From positions 124,248,001 to 124,312,000 of the forward strand of contig NC_086099.1 of the NCBI RefSeq assembly GCF_963921235.1: DNA of 64,000 nucleotides. Direction: 5' to 3'. Position numbers and translations under genes: made by a program. The notes beneath the pieces are model-generated. The model did no database searches and was not told the origin of the DNA. It saw only the letters and a list, made by a program, of their open reading frames with translations. The stretch comes from Mobula hypostoma. Its lineage: Eukaryota. Positions 59,698 through 64,000 of the stretch are shown here, piece after piece. Within the stretch, counting starts at the first letter, position 1. Each line of letters opens with the position of its first letter.

Positions 59698-59890
59698 GCT
59701 CACTTTTTAAATTCTCTCGCTGTTCTCACAGGCCGACCTTCATGTGCCTGCGCAGTCATGCTCCATTCAAACTGCCGAAGAAATGACCTTCCCCTTCTCA
59801 ATCAGCTCACTTTTTAAACTCTCCCGTTGTCTGACAGGCTGACCTTCACGCGGTTGCGCAATCGTGCCCCATTCAAACTGGCGAAGAAAT
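59698..59890 (-). repeat. Two tandem 5' monomers of about 107 bp in the CR1
   Basis: GCTCACTTTTTAAA...CCATTCAAACTG.CGAAGAAAT starts at 59698 and 59805. A single related copy lies at about 4455-4540. Confidence 0.85.
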
Positions 59891-59974
59891 TATCCTCCCT
59901 GAGACCTGTGACCTCACCCTCCCCTTCCCCACCCCAAAACCCCGACCTCAAATATAACTTCAAACACGAGAAAG

Positions 59975-60560
59975 TCTTCAGATACTGGAAATCCAAAGCA
60001 GCACACACAAAATGCTGGAAGAACTCAGCAGGTCAGGCAGCATCTGTGGAAATGAATAAACAGTCAATGTTTCAGGCCGAGACCCTTCTTCAGGACTGGA
60101 AAGGAAGGGGGAAGATGACAGAATAAAAAGTTGAGGGGAGGGGAAGGAGGACAAGCTCGATGATGATAGGTGAAGCCAGGTGGGTGGGAAAAATGGAAGG
60201 CTGGAGAGGAAGGAATCTGATAAGAGAGGAGAGAAGAGATAGGAGAAAGGGAAGGAGGAGGGGACCCGGGGGAGGTGATAAGCAGGTGAGAAGAGGTCAG
60301 AGTGGGAAATCAAAGAAGAGAAGAAGGGGAGAGGAAAACTCATTTACCGGAAGGAGAAATGGATATTCATGCCATCGGGTTGGATGCTATCGAAACAGAA
60401 TATAAGGTGCAGCTCCTCCACCCTGAGGGTGGCCCCATTTTGACACAAGAGGAGGCCATGGACCAATATGTCAGAACAGGACTGGGAATGGGAATTAAAA
60501 TGTTTGGCCACCGGGAAGTTCTGCTTTTGGCAGATGAGGCGGAAGTGCTCGATATACCTC
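59975..60560 (-). mobile_element. Penelope-like 3' fragment (GIY-YIG C-terminus, UTR, degenerate hammerhead at 60062-60097)
   Basis: ORF 60344-60562 (PVAKHFNS...EELHLIF...PDGMNIHFSFR). Hammerhead-like CTGAAGA-AGG-N7-CCT-GAAA. Confidence 0.88.
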
Positions 60561-60904
60561 ATATGTTTGATGCTTCATATGCGTGAGACTTCATGTGTGC
60601 TTGGAGCACCTTGTACTGGTCAGGCATGGGGTCATTTCCAGATGCTGTTGTTGATCTCTGGCAAGTCGCACACTCACTGAGCGGTGGAGTCACCCATAGT
60701 TCATAATCAAGGAGAGGAGACTTCATACACTCTCCTTTCAGACTAGACTCAACCAGAATTGGTCAAAGTTCATGCTTTCACGGGCAAGGCTTATGCTCTT
60801 TCAGAGAATTCCCTCCTTTCAGGAGTAGTTGACTATAGGCCTGCTCACTCTCATTGGCCCATGTTGTGGCCCACGTCTCTCTGAGTTTATGATGTATATA
60901 ACAG

Positions 60905-61765
60905 ACCAGGATTAAAATTAAGGTGGGTGGGTTAGTTAGTTTGCAGATGATACCAAGCTTGATGGAGTTGTGGATAGTGTAGAAGACTGGCAAAGAATAC
61001 AACGTGATATAGATCAGTGGAAGATATGGGCAGAGAAATGGGGTTTAACGCAGATAAATGTGAGGTGTTGCGCCTTGGTAGGGCAAAACCATTCACAGTG
61101 TTGCTGAGCAGAGAGATGTTGGGGCTCAGGTTCATCGCTCCATGAAAGTGGTTACACAGGTCGATAAGGTGGTTAAGGCTTATGGAATGCTTGCTTTTAT
61201 TAGTTGAGGCACTGAGTTCAAAAGTCAAGAAGTTATGTTGCAATTTTATACAATTCTGGTTAATTCTGGCCACATCTGGAGGCTTGCATACTGTTCCGGT
61301 CGCCCCACTATAGGAGAGGTGTTGAGGCTTTGGAGAGGGTGCAGTGAAGTTTACCAGGATGCTGCCTGGTTTAGAGGGCATGTGCTATCATGAGAGGCTG
61401 GACAAAGTTGGGTTGTTTTCCCCGGAGTGGTAGAGGGCTGATGGGAGATCTGATAGAGGTTTATATGATTCTGAGAAGCATAGACAGAGTAGAGGGGCAG
61501 TATCTTTTCCCAGGGTCGAAATGTCTAATACCAAAGAGCATACATTGAAGATGAGAGAGGGCAAGTTCAAAGGGGGTGTGAGGGGTTAACTTTTTACTCA
61601 GAGAGTAGTGGATGCCTGGAATGTGCAGCCTAGGGTGGTGAGTAGAAGCAAATACATTACAGGGCATATGGAGGCCAAGTGGGAGGGGACGGTTAGATTG
61701 ATCTCAGAGCAGGTTAAGTGGTTGGAACAACATCTTGGGCCAAAGGGCCTGTACCATGTTGTAAT
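60905..61765 (+). mobile_element. Decayed CR1 3' portion
   Basis: Remnants of FADDTK, NADKCEVL, RFTRMLPGL and the 3' UTR GGGCCAAAGGGCCTGTACC. Confidence 0.8.
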
Positions 61766-61787
61766 GTTGTAAAAGAGACGATTCCTT

Positions 61788-61935
61788 GTCATAGTCATAG
61801 TCATAGTCATACTTTATTGATCCCGGGGGAAATCGCTTTTCATTACAGTTGCACCTTAAATAATTAAATAGTGATAAAATCATAAATAATTAAATAGTAA
61901 TATGTAAATTATGCCAGGAAATAAGTCCAGGACCT
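61788..61935 (-). mobile_element. Rex-type 3' end with (ACTATG)n tail
   Basis: (CATAGT)n followed by ACTTTATTGATCCC on the + strand, i.e. AATAAAG plus tandem tail on the minus strand. Confidence 0.6.
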
Positions 61936-62104
61936 GCCTATTGGCTCATATTGGCTCAATATGCACATGAATATGAGGAAGCTGGAGGAATATGGACATT
62001 GTGTAGGCAGGAGGGGTTATTTTTTGTCTTTTTTTTAATTTACTTTTTAGCTGGTTCGGAACAACACTGTGGGTCAAAGGGTCTGGGTTCTATATTTGTA
62101 TCTA

Positions 62105-63770
62105 TGTTCTACCACCACCCCTGACAGGGTATTCCATGCACCCACCACTCTCTGTGTCAGAAACTTACCTCTGACATCCCCTCTGTACTTTCCTCTCATC
62201 ATCTTAAAATTATGCCCACTTGTATTAGCCATTCCCATGTTAAGAAAATGTCTCTGGCTGTTCACTCAACCTATGTCTTTTATCATCTTGTACACCTCTA
62301 TCAAGTCGCTTCTCATCCTCCTTCATCCCAGAGAGAAATCTGTAGCTCGCTCAACCATTCCTCATAAGACATGCTCTCTAATCTAGGCATCATCCTGGTC
62401 AATCTCCTGCGTTCTCTCTCTAAAGGCTTCTACATCCATTCAACAATGAGGTGACCAGATCGGAACACTATATTCCAAGTGTGATCTAACCAGGATTTTA
62501 CAGAGCTGCAACATTACCTCAATCTCCTGACTAATGAAGGCCAACACACCATACACCTTCTTGACAACCCTACAAACTAACATGGCAACTTTGAGGATCT
62601 ATGGACATGGATGCAAAGATTCCCCTGTTCCTCCACACTGTTAAGGATCCTGCCATTAACCCTGTATTCTGCCTTTAAATTCAACCTTCCAGAGTAAACC
62701 ACGTCTCACGTTTCTCATCTGCCACTTCTCAGCCCAGCTCTGCATCATATCAGTCCTCCATTGTAACTTTTAGCCACCTTCTGCAGTATCCATGATTCCA
62801 CCAACCTTTCTGTCATTTGCAAACTGAACAACCCATGCTTCCACTTCTCCGTCTAGGTCACAAGTAATCACAAAGAGCAGGGTCTCAGAACAGATCCTTG
62901 TGGAACACCATTGGTCACCGATCTCCAGGCAGAAAACTCTCAGTCTACAACCCACGCTGCCTTCTGTAGACAAACCAATTCTGTATCTACATGGCCAAGT
63001 TTCCCTGGATCCCATGCCTTCTGACTTATGGAATGAGCCTACCATGGGGAACCTCAACAAACACCTTACTAAAATCCATATACACCACATCCACTGCTCT
63101 ACCTTTGTCAATGTGCTTTGTCACATCCTCAAAGAATTCAATCAGGCTCGGGAGACATGGCCTGACCCTTACAAAGCCATGCTAACGCTCCCTAATTAGA
63201 CTATGCTTCTCCAAATGCTCGTAAAACCTGTCTTTAAGAATCTTCTCCAATAATTTGCCCACCACTGAAGTAAGACTCACTGATCTATAATTCTCAGGGT
63301 TATCCAGACTCCCATTCTCGAACAAACAAATAACATTTACCACTCTCCAATCACCTAGTACTAGTCCAGTCATCATCATAGCTTGTCACACCAGATAGCC
63401 AGCCACTCTAGTGTTGTTGAGTAGTTCAGTGTCAACTAAATCAGGTGAGAGTGGGCAGTTATGCAGAACGTGTTCAACGTTCTGCACCCTTTCGCCACAC
63501 TCACAGGATTCGCTGGTCTTTAAACCCCACTTCACCATATTGTCTCCCGTCCTACAAACTCCCACTCTCGCTCTGTTGAGTGTCCAGTGACCAGTGAGAA
63601 TGCAAAGATCATCACCAACAGTGCAGCCATCTCTTCCCTCGCTTCCCGTAGTAACCTGGGATATATATTTTCCAAGTCCTGGGAATTTATCTATCTTAAT
63701 TTTTTTCAAAAGTTCCTGCACATCTCGTTTCTCAATGCTGCCATCTTCTAGAACTTCAAATTATATTCCC
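62105..63770 (-). mobile_element. Decayed 5'-truncated CR1 LINE interrupted by a Vingi-like fragment
   Basis: RT remnants (NYRSVSLTSVVGKLLEKIL, QFANDRKVGG, LLKKIKIDK). Confidence 0.85.
63371..63581 (-). mobile_element. Ingi/Vingi-like LINE 3' fragment with (ATG)n tail and 7-bp TSD
   Basis: WTLNRARVGVCRTGDNMVKWG...CECGERVQNVEHVLHNCP stop. TSD GTCCAGT at 63364-63370 and 63582-63588. Confidence 0.7.
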
Positions 63771-64000
63771 GAATGACAGAAATATTTCAAAACAGCTTGA
63801 AGATTTTAAATTCAGGGATAGGTTGTATTTTTGTTAGCTATTTTGTGGGTAGGACCTTGTTCTGGCTGCTCCAGATGACGGGATTAACATGTACATCTTG
63901 CCAGTGTACTGGGCCTCATGATTAGCAGTGGGGGTTATCACTTTTCAACGAGTTGATAGACAGATAAACAATTTTCCAGTAGGTCAGCAGTGGATGTGGA

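Larger units (their letters stand above)
54836..59895 (-). mobile_element. Full-length decayed CR1 LINE with duplicated 5' monomer, interrupted by a young CR1
   Basis: ORF1 zinc finger (59216-59527), esterase (57846-58502, GDSIVRG, VHVGTND), APE (57116-57844), RT (55445-56305), C-terminus (54834-55322), (ATAGAAC)n tail. Confidence 0.95.

Noticed and set aside
61938-61960. Direct repeat TATTGGCTCA x2 as a target-site duplication
   Set aside because: The two copies are adjacent with nothing between them. This is a simple tandem duplication.
1-64000. Minus-strand bias of LINEs as evidence for lying in an intron of a plus-strand gene
   Set aside because: Roughly ten minus versus six plus CR1 pieces is too weak to be informative, and no exon was confirmed.

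Overview
This window is vertebrate genomic DNA, most likely from a cartilaginous fish such as a ray. That assignment is inferred from HE1/V-SINE-like elements and the CR1, Rex and Penelope repertoire. Most of the window is nested transposable elements. I could not support any host protein-coding gene, rRNA, true tRNA or CRISPR array. CR1 LINEs dominate: three near-full-length minus-strand copies and one plus-strand copy carry a zinc-finger/coiled-coil plus SGNH-esterase ORF1 and a decayed APE-RT ORF2. There are also many 5'-truncated fragments and four nearly identical young copies. Other elements are a Gmr1-type Gypsy LTR retrotransposon (SCAN-like gag, integrase before RT, tRNA-Pro PBS), a Tx1-like L1, an L1 3' end, a near-full-length RTE nested in a CR1, Rex1/Babar fragments, a Vingi-like 3' end, a hAT transposase relic, two hAT MITEs, a solo LTR with two minisatellite arrays, and tRNA- and RTE-derived SINEs. 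The most striking system is a Penelope-like (GIY-YIG) family. Three insertions of about 0.2, 1.0 and 1.8 kb are each a head-to-head inverted pair flanked by a 14-16 bp target-site duplication. In each, one arm has the complete 3' terminus and the other stops about 30-42 nt short. The family carries a minimal hammerhead ribozyme motif, with 8 copies in the window, one of them fully intact. Penelope hammerheads and inverted termini are known in general, so novelty here is limited to the specific architecture and family. All alignments were done by eye and element boundaries are approximate unless a TSD is quoted.
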